A stretch of 55,180 bases of DNA from Collinsella sp. (GCA_048254795.1 DBEZQF010000064.1:1-55180), one strand, 5' to 3'. Positions 29,197 to 41,344 are shown, counted from the stretch's first letter. The notes: generated by a model from the sequence alone, not told the origin. Made by a program: numbers and translations.

Positions 29197-29343
29197 CAGG
29201 ACCCCCGCCGGGGCTGTTTGGGCTACCTCCCAAAACATTCCGCAGGACGCAAAGAGGCTCGCCGCACGAAGTGCGCAGCGAGCCTCTTTGCATGTTCGAG
29301 GACGTTTTGGGAGGTAGCCCAAACAGCCCCGGCGATCCTGCGG
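29197..29343. repeat. Structured palindromic repeat family A, copy 4
   Basis: CGCCGGGGCTGTTTGGGCTACCTCCCAAAAC stem; ATTCCGCAG / CATGTTCGAGGACG; apex GCAC-GAA-GTGC. Confidence 0.85.
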
Positions 29344-29356
29344 GAGTTGAGCCCCT

Positions 29357-29608
29357 TTAGAACTTGTCGTGGAAGGTACGCGCAATGACCTCGTCCTGCT
29401 GCTCCTTGGTGAGCGTGTGGAAGTTCACGGCATAGCCGGAAACGCGGATGGTCAGCTGCGGGTACTTCTCGGGGTGAGCCTGAGCGTCGAGCAGCGTCTC
29501 ACGGTTGAAGACGTTGATGTTCAGGTGGTGGCCACCCTTCTCGGCGTAAGCGTCGAGCATGTGGACCAGGTTATCGGCCTGAGTCTCGGAAACTTCAGAA
29601 ACCTTCAT
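29357..29608 (-). CDS. Stand-alone glycyl-radical domain (83 aa; GrcA-like, C-terminal part of PFL)
   Basis: Own [36 protein letters not shown] (radical Gly) and [11 protein letters not shown]. Confidence 0.92.
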   Translation of the reverse strand: MKVSEVSETQADNLVHMLDAYAEKGGHHLNINVFNRETLLDAQAHPEKYPQLTIRVSGYAVNFHTLTKEQQDEVIARTFHDKF

Positions 29609-29693
29609 AATGTGTCTCCTTCGATTAATAGGCGCCGGCCGAAACCGGCGCACTAATCAGTAATCGTTATTGTTAGTATAGCACTAACAATAG

Positions 29694-31745
<2,052 letters not shown>

Positions 31746-32294
31746 TGTGTAACCACGCTCCTAGTTACGTGTAATGCGGCGCTCTCTCACACCGCTGCTT
31801 ATTGAATTCTTGAATTTTCGGCTTGCACTACCGGCTTCTTCCGTTCTTCACCACACGTTGGTGCAGGGAAAAACGTTTGTCCACCTTGGAACTGCAACCC
31901 AAAACCCAAGATTTCACCCGTTTGAGAAGGATAACATAGCGACCCTCTCCATCTGGGCTGTTATATGTTTCTTTTTTTATATCATAAGGGCGTTTTTTAC
32001 AAACCCGCAGGAAATGCGAGCGTGAACAACTACCGTTCACCGATTTGTTTAGTTTTTTCCTTGCCTTTGTACGACGTTCACTCTAGCTGTTATGCCAGCT
32101 TTAGCAGGGTAAAGTGCCTCTGAGTGGGCTTTAGGACGTGCTCAGAGATCTACCCCTAACTTTGCTGATACCGACGGTGTACGGAGGTCGCCTAAAGGTT
32201 GTTTTCTAGGCATTTCCCAAAATCTACCGTATAGGGTGCGCGTGCGGGGGTATCATCTTTCACCGAAAATAGTTTCTAGTGTTAGGGGTTTTCG

Positions 32295-32744
32295 GTGGAA
32301 GATACCGATTTCCGTGAACTTGGGCGTCAGCTCCTTACCGAGTTCGGCAGCATGCATCAGCGCATTTCGCGCTTTGCGGACAAAGCCCTCGGCGGCGAGA
32401 TGGCCGTCATGCGCGCCCTTATGCTCGCTGGCGGTTCGCTCACGCCGAGCGAACTCGCCGATCGCGCCTGGGTCTCGAGCGCCCGCATCGCCAATATCCT
32501 ACGCGCTCTCGAAGCCAAGGGCTGGGTCGAGCGCGAGCACTCAAAGACCGACCGTCGTCGCGTACACGTCACGGTGACCGACAAGGGATTCCAGGATCTC
32601 GAAATCAAACGACGGGAATTCGAGGAGCGCACCGCGGCCTTCCTCGAGCAGCTCGGCGAAACAGATACCCAAGAGATGGTGCGCCTTCTAAGACGTGCCA
32701 ACGAAATTATCGACCGCAATCAAGAAAGGAGAGATGCCGAGTGA
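32295..32744 (+). CDS. MarR-family transcriptional regulator
   Basis: LTPSELA..., LEAKGWVER...DRR winged helix; overlaps the start of the ABC gene (GTGA). Confidence 0.9.
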   Translation: MEDTDFRELGRQLLTEFGSMHQRISRFADKALGGEMAVMRALMLAGGSLTPSELADRAWVSSARIANILRALEAKGWVEREHSKTDRRRVHVTVTDKGFQDLEIKRREFEERTAAFLEQLGETDTQEMVRLLRRANEIIDRNQERRDAE

Positions 32745-35107
32745 GGATTCTCAAGCTCTTTAAAAAGCACGTCCTGGCACTGTTCACAGCTATCGTACTT
32801 ATCGTAATCAGCTGCAACGCCGATCTGGCGCTGCCTACCTATATGAGCGACATCGTCGACGTGGGCGTGCAGCAAGGCGGCATCGCCTCGCCCGTGCCCG
32901 ACACCATTCGCGCCGAATCGCTCGACGACCTCGAACTCTTCATGAGCGCCAAGGACGCCAAGGCTGCGGAGGCCGTGTTTAGCAAGGCTGACAAAAACGG
33001 CATTCGAACGTACAAGGGCACCGAGGAAGAGCGTGCCGATGGAGGCAAAATTACCGACATTATGAGCCTGCCCGAGACCGTCGTCCTTTCGCTCAACCAG
33101 GGCATCGACGCCGACTCCATGGGAGACATGACCGGCACGTCCAGCGAGAAAGACAGCGACGCCGCTCAGGCCATGCCCACGCCCGAGCAAATGGCAGCGA
33201 TGACGCCCGAGCAGCTCGCCGAGATGCAGCAGAAGGCCGCAGCGGCGCAGAATATGCAAAAGCAGATCGACGCCGACGGCGGCAAGATCACCATGAAGAG
33301 CCTGCGCCTGGGTGTCGAGGGCGGTCTGGTAGACCAAAGCAAGCTCGTCGAGGGCGCCAACGAAATGGCGGACAAAATGGGCTCCATGTCGGGCTCCATC
33401 GTCACCCAGCGCGCCGTGAGCTATGTACAGGACGAGTACAAGGCGCAGGGCATCGACCCCGCCGACGTGCAGAACGCCTACCTGGGCCGCATGGCGACCA
33501 CGATGTTTGGTCTGTGTCTGGTGTCGCTGGTCGCCACCATCCTGACCGGTGCCGTGGCTTCGCGCACCGCCTGCTCCATCGCACGCGACCTGCGCCGCGA
33601 GACCTTCAACAAGGTTATGCACTTCTCGCCGGCCGAGGTGGGCAAGTTTAGCCAGGCCTCGCTCATCACCCGCTGCACCAACGACATTCAGCAGATTCAG
33701 ATGGCCGCAACCCTGTTTATCCGCATGTGTCTGATGGCGCCCGTCATGGGCATCGTCGCCGTCATGCGCGTCCTGGCCAACCACACCGGCCTGGAGTGGA
33801 CCATCGCCGTGGCCATCATCGCGGTCTCGGCCGTCGTCGGCGTGCTTATGGGCCTCACTATGCCCAAATTCAAAAAGATGCAGAGCTTTGTGGACCGCGT
33901 GAACCTTACCGCCCGCGAGCTGCTCGACGGCCTTATGCCCATCCGCTCGTTCAACCGCGAAGAACATGAGCTCGAGCGCTTTGACAAGGCTTCGCTCGAC
34001 CTGATGACCACGCAGCTCTACACCAACCGAGCCATGAGCTTTATGATGCCGCTCATGATGCTCGTCATGAACTGCATCACCGTGCTTATCGTCTGGTTTG
34101 GCGCGCAGGGCGTGTCCGACGGCGTGATGCAGGTCGGCAACATGATGGCGTTTATCTCCTACACCATGCAGATCGTCATGGCGTTTATGATCCTCACCAT
34201 GGTTTCGGTCATCCTGCCCCGTGCCGAGGTCGCAGCCGAGCGCGTAGATGAGGTCATCACCTGCCCCACGAGCATCAACGACCCTGCCTCGCCCAAACTG
34301 CCCGCGGCCAGCTCGCCGCGCGGTGAGCTCACCTTCCGCGACGTGAGCTTCCAGTACCCCGATGCCCGCGCCGACGTCATTAGCGGTGTGAACTTCACCA
34401 CGCATGCCGGTCAGATGCTCGGCATCATTGGCTCCACGGGCTCGGGCAAGTCCACGCTCGTACAGCTGATTCCGCGCCTGTACGACGTCACGGGCGGCAG
34501 CATTTCGCTCGACGGCATCGACGTGCGCGACATGACCCTTTCCGAGCTGCGCCGCCGCATTGGTTACATCCCGCAACAGGGGCGTCTGTTCTCGGGCACC
34601 GTCGAGAGCAACCTCAAGTTTGCCGGCGACATGGTGAGCGATGATGACATGCGCCAGGCCGCGCGCATCGCACAGGCCGAGGACTTTATCGCCGAGCGTG
34701 AGGGCGGTTACGACTCCCCCATCAGCCAGGGCGGCTCCAATGTTTCGGGTGGTCAGCGCCAGCGTCTGGCCATCGCCCGCGCATTGGCCAAAAAGCCCGA
34801 GGTCGTGGTGTTCGATGACTCGTTTAGTGCCCTCGACTACAAGACCGACGCGCGCCTGCGCGAGGAGCTGGCCAAAAACGTTACCGACGCCGCACTCGTG
34901 GTCGTGGCCCAGCGCATCGCGACCATCATGCACGCCGACCAGATCATCGTGCTCGACGACAGCCACGTAGTGGGCACCGGCACGCACGAGGAGCTGCTGC
35001 GCAGCTGCCCGGCGTACCTGGAGATCGCACAGTCGCAGCTTTCCGCCGAGGAGCTGGGGCTTACCCAAGAAGAAATTGCAGCCGTCATGGAAGGAGGCGA
35101 GCGCTAA
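32741..35107 (+). CDS. Heterodimeric ABC exporter subunit (TMD+NBD, degenerate site)
   Basis: GSTGSGKS, VSGGQRQR, Walker B VVVFDD (no catalytic E), VAQR (no His switch); long insertion after TM1. Confidence 0.92.
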   Translation: MRILKLFKKHVLALFTAIVLIVISCNADLALPTYMSDIVDVGVQQGGIASPVPDTIRAESLDDLELFMSAKDAKAAEAVFSKADKNGIRTYKGTEEERADGGKITDIMSLPETVVLSLNQGIDADSMGDMTGTSSEKDSDAAQAMPTPEQMAAMTPEQLAEMQQKAAAAQNMQKQIDADGGKITMKSLRLGVEGGLVDQSKLVEGANEMADKMGSMSGSIVTQRAVSYVQDEYKAQGIDPADVQNAYLGRMATTMFGLCLVSLVATILTGAVASRTACSIARDLRRETFNKVMHFSPAEVGKFSQASLITRCTNDIQQIQMAATLFIRMCLMAPVMGIVAVMRVLANHTGLEWTIAVAIIAVSAVVGVLMGLTMPKFKKMQSFVDRVNLTARELLDGLMPIRSFNREEHELERFDKASLDLMTTQLYTNRAMSFMMPLMMLVMNCITVLIVWFGAQGVSDGVMQVGNMMAFISYTMQIVMAFMILTMVSVILPRAEVAAERVDEVITCPTSINDPASPKLPAASSPRGELTFRDVSFQYPDARADVISGVNFTTHAGQMLGIIGSTGSGKSTLVQLIPRLYDVTGGSISLDGIDVRDMTLSELRRRIGYIPQQGRLFSGTVESNLKFAGDMVSDDDMRQAARIAQAEDFIAEREGGYDSPISQGGSNVSGGQRQRLAIARALAKKPEVVVFDDSFSALDYKTDARLREELAKNVTDAALVVVAQRIATIMHADQIIVLDDSHVVGTGTHEELLRSCPAYLEIAQSQLSAEELGLTQEEIAAVMEGGER

Positions 35108-36963
35108 TGGCAGACGAGACCAAGACTCAGATTCCCAAGCCCACCCGCCAGCGTGGTCCCATGGGCCGCATGGGTGGCATGCGTCGTGGCGAAAAGGCCA
35201 AGGACTTTAAGGGCACCATGAGGCAGCTGCTCGGCTATATCGGCCAGCACAAGATTGCCGTGTTTGCCGCCGTCGCCTTTGCCGTGTGCTCGGTCATCTT
35301 TAACATTGTGGGACCCAAGGTGCTCGGCCAGGTTACGACCAAGCTGTTCGAAGGCCTGGTCGCCAAGGTCAACGGCACCGGCGACGTTGACTTTGACTGG
35401 ATCGCCAAGACGCTCGGCTTTTTGCTCTGCCTGTATCTGGCGAGCTCTGTCTGCAGCCTGGTCCAGGGCTGGCTCATGACCGGCGTCACGCAAAAGATCT
35501 GCTACCGCATGCGCAAGGAAATCGCCGCCAAGATTGCCGTCGTGCCGATGAGTTACTTCAACGGCCACAGCAAGGGAGACGTACTCAGCCGCATCACCAA
35601 CGACGTCGATACGCTGGGTCAGTCGCTCAACCAGAGCGTGACGCAGCTCATCACGTCGGTGACGCAGATTATCGGCGTGCTCGTCATGATGCTTTCGATC
35701 AGCCTGCCGCTTACCGGCGTCACCGTGCTCACGCTGCCGGCCGCCGCGATTATCTTGACCGTAATGATTCACTTCTCGCAGCCGTACTTCCGCGAGCAGC
35801 AGCAGGTTCTGGGCGCCGTCAACGGCATTATCGAGGAGGACTTTGCCGGCCAGAACGTCATTCAGGTGTTCGACCGCGCCGAGGCCTCGATCGAAGAGTT
35901 CGACCGTCAAAACGACCGCCTCTTTATTAGTGGCTGGCGCTCGCAGTTCCTGTCGGGCCTGATGATGCCGCTTATGAGCCTGGTGGGTAACATGGGCTAC
36001 GTGGGCGTTGTCGTGGTGGGCGCACAGCTCGCACTGACCGGCAACGCCACGCCCGGCGACATCCAGAGCTTTATCCAGTACGTTCGCAACTTTACGCAGC
36101 CCGTGCAGCAACTGGGCAACGTGAGCAACACGATGCAGTCGATGGCAGCCGCCACCGAGCGCGTCTTTGAGTTCCTGGCCGCGCCCGAGGAGGAGCAGAA
36201 AGCCGACGCGCAGATTCCCGAAAAGCGCCCCGGCCATGTGGAGTTTGATCACGTCAAGTTTGGCTATACGCCCGACAAGACCATCATCCACGACTTTAGC
36301 TGCGAGGCGCAGCCCGGCCAGACCATCGCCATCGTCGGTCCTACCGGCGCCGGCAAGACCACGCTCATTAAGCTGCTGCAGCGCTTCTACGATGTGGACG
36401 GCGGTTCGCTGCGCGTCGAGGGTGTCGACGTGCGCGACTGGGACCGCGCGGCGCTGCGCGGCGAGTTTGCCATGGTGCTGCAGGATACCTGGCTGTTTAA
36501 CGGCACCATCCGCGAGAACATCCGCTACGGACGCCCCGATGCAAGCGACGCCGAGGTCGAAGCCGCTGCACGCGCCGCACGCTGCGATCACTTTATCCAT
36601 ACGCTCGCCGGCGGCTACGACTTTATGATCAACGAGGAAGGCACCAACCTGTCGCAGGGCCAGCGCCAGCTCGTGACCATTGCCCGTGCCATTTTGGCCG
36701 ACCGCCCGGCGCTAATTCTGGACGAGGCAACCTCCAACGTTGACACTCGTACCGAGGAGCTTATTCAGCGTGCCATGGATGCGCTAATGCAGGGCCGTAC
36801 CAGCTTTGTCATCGCGCACCGCCTGTCCACGATCCGCAACGCCGACGTAATCTTGGTAATTCGCGACGGCGACATCGTCGAGAAGGGCACACACGACGAG
36901 CTACTCGCCCAGGGTGGCTTCTACGCCGACCTGTATAACTCGCAGTTCGACGAGGCAGCGTAA
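35107..36963 (+). CDS. Heterodimeric ABC exporter subunit (TMD+NBD, consensus site)
   Basis: GPTGAGKT, LSQGQRQ, LILDEAT, IAHRL; TAATG coupling with the upstream gene. Confidence 0.93.
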   Translation: MADETKTQIPKPTRQRGPMGRMGGMRRGEKAKDFKGTMRQLLGYIGQHKIAVFAAVAFAVCSVIFNIVGPKVLGQVTTKLFEGLVAKVNGTGDVDFDWIAKTLGFLLCLYLASSVCSLVQGWLMTGVTQKICYRMRKEIAAKIAVVPMSYFNGHSKGDVLSRITNDVDTLGQSLNQSVTQLITSVTQIIGVLVMMLSISLPLTGVTVLTLPAAAIILTVMIHFSQPYFREQQQVLGAVNGIIEEDFAGQNVIQVFDRAEASIEEFDRQNDRLFISGWRSQFLSGLMMPLMSLVGNMGYVGVVVVGAQLALTGNATPGDIQSFIQYVRNFTQPVQQLGNVSNTMQSMAAATERVFEFLAAPEEEQKADAQIPEKRPGHVEFDHVKFGYTPDKTIIHDFSCEAQPGQTIAIVGPTGAGKTTLIKLLQRFYDVDGGSLRVEGVDVRDWDRAALRGEFAMVLQDTWLFNGTIRENIRYGRPDASDAEVEAAARAARCDHFIHTLAGGYDFMINEEGTNLSQGQRQLVTIARAILADRPALILDEATSNVDTRTEELIQRAMDALMQGRTSFVIAHRLSTIRNADVILVIRDGDIVEKGTHDELLAQGGFYADLYNSQFDEAA

Positions 36964-36993
36964 CAACCGGCGGCAAACAACCGCAATGCCCAG

Positions 36994-37030
36994 AAAACGG
37001 GGGCGCAGGACAACCTGCGCCCCCGTTTTT
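36994..37030 (+). terminator. Intrinsic terminator after the ABC operon
   Basis: AAAACGGGGGCGCAGG-ACAA-CCTGCGCCCCCGTTTT. Confidence 0.75.
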
Positions 37031-37085
37031 GCTCTGCGACCCTCAAACCGCCTCCCCTGGGACCTGATTGACAGCCCCTTCGAGG

Positions 37086-37325
37086 CCCCGTGGGCAAAAA
37101 AATGGCAAATATGAGTACTGTTACCCTTTTAGTAACAGCCAAAACAGCCCCAAATGCCGTTTTCACGGCTTGCACGCGTCCCTAAATTGATCAAACAGCC
37201 CTATAGCGGACTTATATGTGTTTGCGTTAATGAACATATTTTGCTGTTATGTCTATTATTTTGCGAAGGCAATATGATACTAAGATAGCAACCGTACTCA
37301 TATTTGGCATTTTTTGCCCACAGGG
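37086..37325. mobile_element. MITE-like ~240-bp AT-rich element with terminal inverted repeats
   Basis: GTGGGCAAAAAAATGGCAAATATGAGTAC (37090-37118) versus the reverse complement of 37294-37321, GTGGGCAAAAAATGCCAAATATGAGTAC; no credible internal ORF. Confidence 0.5.
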
Positions 37326-37409
37326 TGTTTCCTGGGGAACCGACAATAGCCTTAGGGTCCCGCGCGACGCCACTCCCTCCCGGTATCCGCCGACGTTCCC
37401 CCATATAAA

Positions 37410-37443
37410 ACCTGCCAAAATAAACCTGTCCCTTTTGGCAGGT
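37410..37443. repeat. REP-like hairpin
   Basis: ACCTGCCAAAATAAACCTGTCCCTTTTGGCAGGT. Confidence 0.9.
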
Positions 37444-37543
37444 TTCGGGGTGGCAAGGGCTTGCACTTTAGCGTGCGACAGCGGATAATGCCGAGCATTC
37501 GACAATACGCTTATTGCTCTTTCTATAGATTGAGGAGACCCCT

Positions 37544-38575
37544 ATGGCCATGGAATTCAAACGCAGGCTGCCGATCCCCATGGAGATCCGCGAGGAAATG
37601 CCACTTTCTGCCGAGCTTACCGCCAAAAAGCAGGCATTTGACGCCGAGGTCGCCAAAGTCTTTACCGGCGAGGACGCACGTAAGGTGCTCATCATCGGCC
37701 CGTGCTCTGCCGACCGCGAGGATTCGGTGCTCGAGTATATGAACCGACTGGCCAAGACCGCCGAAGAGGTCAAGGACAAGCTCATCATCATTCCGCGCGT
37801 CTACACCAACAAGCCGCGCACCAAGGGCACCGGCTACAAGGGCCTGCTGCACAACCCCAACCCCGAGGCTCCCGACGACCTGCTCGAGGGCGTCAAGGCC
37901 ATCCGCCACATGCACCTGCGCGTTATTGAGGAAACGGGCTTCTTTACCGCCGATGAGATGCTCTACCCGTCCAACTACCAATACCTCGTCGACCTGCTGA
38001 GCTATGTTGCCGTGGGCGCACGCTCGGTCGAGAACCAGGAGCATCGCCTGGTGTCGAGCGGCATTTCGGTACCCGTCGGCATGAAGAATCCCACTGCCGG
38101 CTCTACCACCGTTATGCTCAACTCCATTTACGCCGCGCAGGCGCACCAGAGCTTCATCTTCCGCAACTGGGAGGTCGAGTGCGACGGCAACCCGCTCGCA
38201 CACGCCGTTATGCGTGGCTACATCGGTCTCGATGGGCGCACCTACCCCAACTACCACTACGAACACCTGGAACGCCTGGCCGAACGCTATACCGAGCATG
38301 CCGGCTATGCCAATCCGGCAGCGGTCATCGACTGCAACCACGACAACTCGGGCAAGCGTCCGCTGGAGCAGTATCGCATTTGCAAGGAGGTGCTCGACAG
38401 CTGCCGCCGCAACGAGTCCATCTCCAAGCTGGTCAAGGGCTTTATGATCGAGTCCTACCTGGAGGACGGCAACCAGCCGGTCGACGGCGGTGTCTTTGGC
38501 AAGTCGATCACCGACCCGTGCCTGGGCTGGGAAAAGACCGACTACCTCATCCACGAGATCGCGGAACGGGTGTAG
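37544..38575 (+). CDS. 3-deoxy-7-phosphoheptulonate (DAHP) synthase, class I-alpha
   Basis: GAGGAG RBS; IIGPCS, RVYTNKPRT..GYKG, VGARS.ENQEHR, PVGMKN, IDCNHDNS, MIESY and SITDPCLGW motifs. Confidence 0.95.
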   Translation: MAMEFKRRLPIPMEIREEMPLSAELTAKKQAFDAEVAKVFTGEDARKVLIIGPCSADREDSVLEYMNRLAKTAEEVKDKLIIIPRVYTNKPRTKGTGYKGLLHNPNPEAPDDLLEGVKAIRHMHLRVIEETGFFTADEMLYPSNYQYLVDLLSYVAVGARSVENQEHRLVSSGISVPVGMKNPTAGSTTVMLNSIYAAQAHQSFIFRNWEVECDGNPLAHAVMRGYIGLDGRTYPNYHYEHLERLAERYTEHAGYANPAAVIDCNHDNSGKRPLEQYRICKEVLDSCRRNESISKLVKGFMIESYLEDGNQPVDGGVFGKSITDPCLGWEKTDYLIHEIAERV

Positions 38576-38739
38576 GTTACGGCGTTTTACCAAACGCCGT
38601 AACGGCTCGACGCTGCGCGGGCCGCATTTGGACAATCTGACGTTCAACTTCAAGGGCGCGACCAGAAGGTCAGCGCCCTTTCGTTTCACGTCACCTTGTC
38701 TCAAATGCGACCCGCTCGCTGTCCGTCCTCTACCTGCGG
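38576..38739 (+). repeat. Structured repeat family B, copy 2
   Basis: Starts at the TAG stop; GTTACGGCGTTT-TACC-AAACGCCGTAAC hairpin; bulged stem with GACCAGAAGGTC apex; ends ACCTGCGG. Confidence 0.8.
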
Positions 38740-38760
38740 CGTTATCTTGCTCCGGATGTG

Positions 38761-38840
38761 GCAGTTAGGGACGCTCCTTTTCTGCCGGCAGTTTGGGACA
38801 CTCCTTGGGTAGCCGTTTAAGAACGTCCCCAACGACTACC
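38761..38840. repeat. Cluster of short GGGAC-loop hairpins
   Basis: GGCAGTTAGGGACGCTCCTT, GGCAGTTTGGGACACTCCTT and GGTAGCCGTTTAAGAACGTCCCCAACGACTACC. Confidence 0.6.
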
Positions 38841-38884
38841 CGGGGGAGTTGCCTTCCCTCGTGGCGGTCTTCTAGCAGAAAAAC

Positions 38885-39005
38885 CAAGTGAGTAGGCTTT
38901 TTGCAGAAGGCCGAGCACGCCCTAAAACGCCACAGCTCTGACCTGCAGTTTTATAGATCATTTGTCGCGATGTGCTCGGCAGGTTCAAAAAAGTCTACTC
39001 ACTTG
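38885..39005. repeat. Imperfect 34-bp inverted repeat element
   Basis: CAAGTGAGTAGGCTTTTTG...GCCGAGCAC versus GTGCTCGGC...CAAAAAAGTCTACTCACTTG; interior contains CTGACCTGCAGTTT. Confidence 0.65.
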
Positions 39006-39106
39006 TATCTGAGACGCACCAGATTGGCAAAAACCGCCGCGAAAGGGCCCCTGGTCCCTTCGCGGCGGTCATACGCCTCTAATTTTGCGACGGTTTTGCC
39101 CGCTTG

Positions 39107-41344
39107 TTATTCGCTGTAGCGGGTGGCGATGGCGGCTCGCACCATGCCGGTGCTCATGAGGTAGGTCACCAGGAAGTAGCCGCCGTAGGCTGCCAGGAAG
39201 ATTGCACAGGTGAGGCCCACGGTGCCACCGATGCTCATATTTCCGAATATGCTCACCAGCTCGATGATCACCTTAAGTGCCACAAAGGAGTGCGCCAGGC
39301 CCACTGCCAGCGGGAACAGGAAGAATACCGCTTGCTGCGCCATCACCGAATGGCGAATCTGGCGGTCGTCGCAGCCGATCTGTGCCAGCACACGATAGCT
39401 GCGGCTGCCGTCGGCCACGTTGGAGAGTTGCTGGATCGACAGAATCGCCGCGCATGCAACAACCAATACAAAGCCGATGTAGATGGCTAGGTAGCTAATA
39501 AGACCGTTCATTTGCGCTGCTTGCGTGTACATCTCGGAGCGTGTGATGAAGGTTCCCCACGACCCCGACTCCTTGCCGTCAACGAGCAGATTGTCGAGCA
39601 CAGTGTATTTAATGCTCTCGTCTGCCTCGGTTGTATCCATCCCCTGTTTGTAGTTAACGAGCAGGCTACTGGAATACGGCTGCAGATTAAGTTGGGACAA
39701 CAGCTCGTCGGCAACGACGACGGTGCCCGGATTACTACCCATCGCCGAGTTGGCGATGGCCGCCGTATCTTCGTCCGACTTATCGGCTGCGGGCTTGAGC
39801 GTATGCCCGCCCAAGGTAAGGGCATGGCCGCCAGCCATATACTTGGTGTACATGTCGACCAGCTCGCCGCCCATATCACACGTGAGCAGATACTGGTCGT
39901 GACCGATATGCACCGGCTCCTCGCCCATCATCTGACGCAGTTTGTTGTACTGGCTCGCCGGCGTCACAAACAGACCCATCGCATCGGCATTGCTACCCCC
40001 GAACGCCTTGGGAAGCTTTTCGCCCATGGTCTTGCACATCTCACTTGGAGTCACCGAAGGATTCGAGCCGCCAAATGGGTAACTCAGATACGAATCGATC
40101 TGCACATGCTCACCGGCAACATCGGCGATATTGACCTTCTTGCCGGTCTCGTCGTTGTTGTCCGCCGACTTGCCCTTAATACCGTCTGCAACGTTATCGT
40201 GATCGATACGATCGCCGTGCCATGCGGAGTACAAATCGACCGTACTATCGGCCAGCACCATGCGATCGGCTTCAGACGGATTGATGTACTCTTTGTAGTA
40301 GTCGATCGTATCGGGCGTGTAATAGACATACGTCTGTGACACGTCAACAGGGTTATAGCGCTCCAGGTTTTCGTTCATCACATTGGCAATCGACATACCG
40401 CACGTCACCGAGGTGATGGCCAAAAACAGGAGCATCGCGATGACGCCCATCGAAAAGCACACCGTGTTGACCTTGGCCGCAAGCTGGCGCACGGTAAACA
40501 TGTTGAGGCCGCGCCAATACACGCCGCGCAGGCTCTGCAGCAGCTTGATGAGCATGCCCGAGAGTCCCCAGAACAGGGCAAAGGTGCCCACGGTAACCAT
40601 AGCGGTCGTAATGCCAAACTGGTTCATGGCCTCTTGCAGCTTGCTGTCCGTCGCGGTTAGCGGGAACCCATCACGTAGCAGACGGTAATAGGCCACGCCC
40701 ACAAGCACCACGCCCACGGCAAAGATGGCAATCGCAATCCAGAGGTTGCGCGTCTTGATGCTCTCGTTGCGACGCTCGGCACCCATAAGCTCGATGAGTT
40801 TGGTACGACGCACGGCGCGAAGGTTCAGCAGTAGCGTGAGCACAAACATTACGAGCATGCAGGCAAGGGTCAGATTGAACGCATGCACCGAGAAAAAGAA
40901 GTGGAAATTGGCAATCTGTGTCTTAAAAAGCGAGGCCGTAAAGAACGTCATGAGCTGGGAGAGTCCCACACCCAGCACAATGCCGGCGACAAAGGCCACG
41001 ACCGAGACGATCACGGTCTCGAGCGCCATGATCGTGGCGACGCGCCCGCGCCCCATGCCGAGCACCTGGTACAGGCCAAACTCCTTCTTGCGGCGTTTCA
41101 TGATGAAGTTATTGGCATACACCATCAAAAAGGCCATGACACCGGCCAAAAAGTACGTCAGGTCGCCGAGCATGCTGCCCATAACCTGCGCCAAGCCCTC
41201 TTCATCGATTCCGGCGATGTCGACCTGCATCGAGATGGTGTTAAAGGCATAGAAGACCGTGACGCCCAGGGTGAGCGTCAAAAGGTAGACGAGGTAGTCG
41301 CGGCCGGCGCGGCGGACGTTACCCCAAGCGAGTTTACAGAGCAT
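39107..41344 (-). CDS. BceB-like FtsX-family ABC permease (peptide antibiotic resistance type)
   Basis: [12 protein letters not shown]...YLVY; YANNFIMKRRKKEFGLYQVLGM; about 10 TM segments with a large extracellular domain; Y..L..IG..D..I C-terminal motif. Confidence 0.88.
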   Translation of the reverse strand: MLCKLAWGNVRRAGRDYLVYLLTLTLGVTVFYAFNTISMQVDIAGIDEEGLAQVMGSMLGDLTYFLAGVMAFLMVYANNFIMKRRKKEFGLYQVLGMGRGRVATIMALETVIVSVVAFVAGIVLGVGLSQLMTFFTASLFKTQIANFHFFFSVHAFNLTLACMLVMFVLTLLLNLRAVRRTKLIELMGAERRNESIKTRNLWIAIAIFAVGVVLVGVAYYRLLRDGFPLTATDSKLQEAMNQFGITTAMVTVGTFALFWGLSGMLIKLLQSLRGVYWRGLNMFTVRQLAAKVNTVCFSMGVIAMLLFLAITSVTCGMSIANVMNENLERYNPVDVSQTYVYYTPDTIDYYKEYINPSEADRMVLADSTVDLYSAWHGDRIDHDNVADGIKGKSADNNDETGKKVNIADVAGEHVQIDSYLSYPFGGSNPSVTPSEMCKTMGEKLPKAFGGSNADAMGLFVTPASQYNKLRQMMGEEPVHIGHDQYLLTCDMGGELVDMYTKYMAGGHALTLGGHTLKPAADKSDEDTAAIANSAMGSNPGTVVVADELLSQLNLQPYSSSLLVNYKQGMDTTEADESIKYTVLDNLLVDGKESGSWGTFITRSEMYTQAAQMNGLISYLAIYIGFVLVVACAAILSIQQLSNVADGSRSYRVLAQIGCDDRQIRHSVMAQQAVFFLFPLAVGLAHSFVALKVIIELVSIFGNMSIGGTVGLTCAIFLAAYGGYFLVTYLMSTGMVRAAIATRYSE

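Noticed and set aside
29609..29693. pflB as a frameshifted pseudogene or sequencing error
   Set aside because: An 85-bp AT-rich spacer with a proper RBS and hairpins separates the ORFs, both keep strongly biased codon usage, and pflA is intact.
32021..32041. Rex operator upstream of pflB (GTGAAC...GTTCAC)
   Set aside because: Half-site spacing does not match TTGTGAA-N4-TTCACAA, so it cannot be supported.
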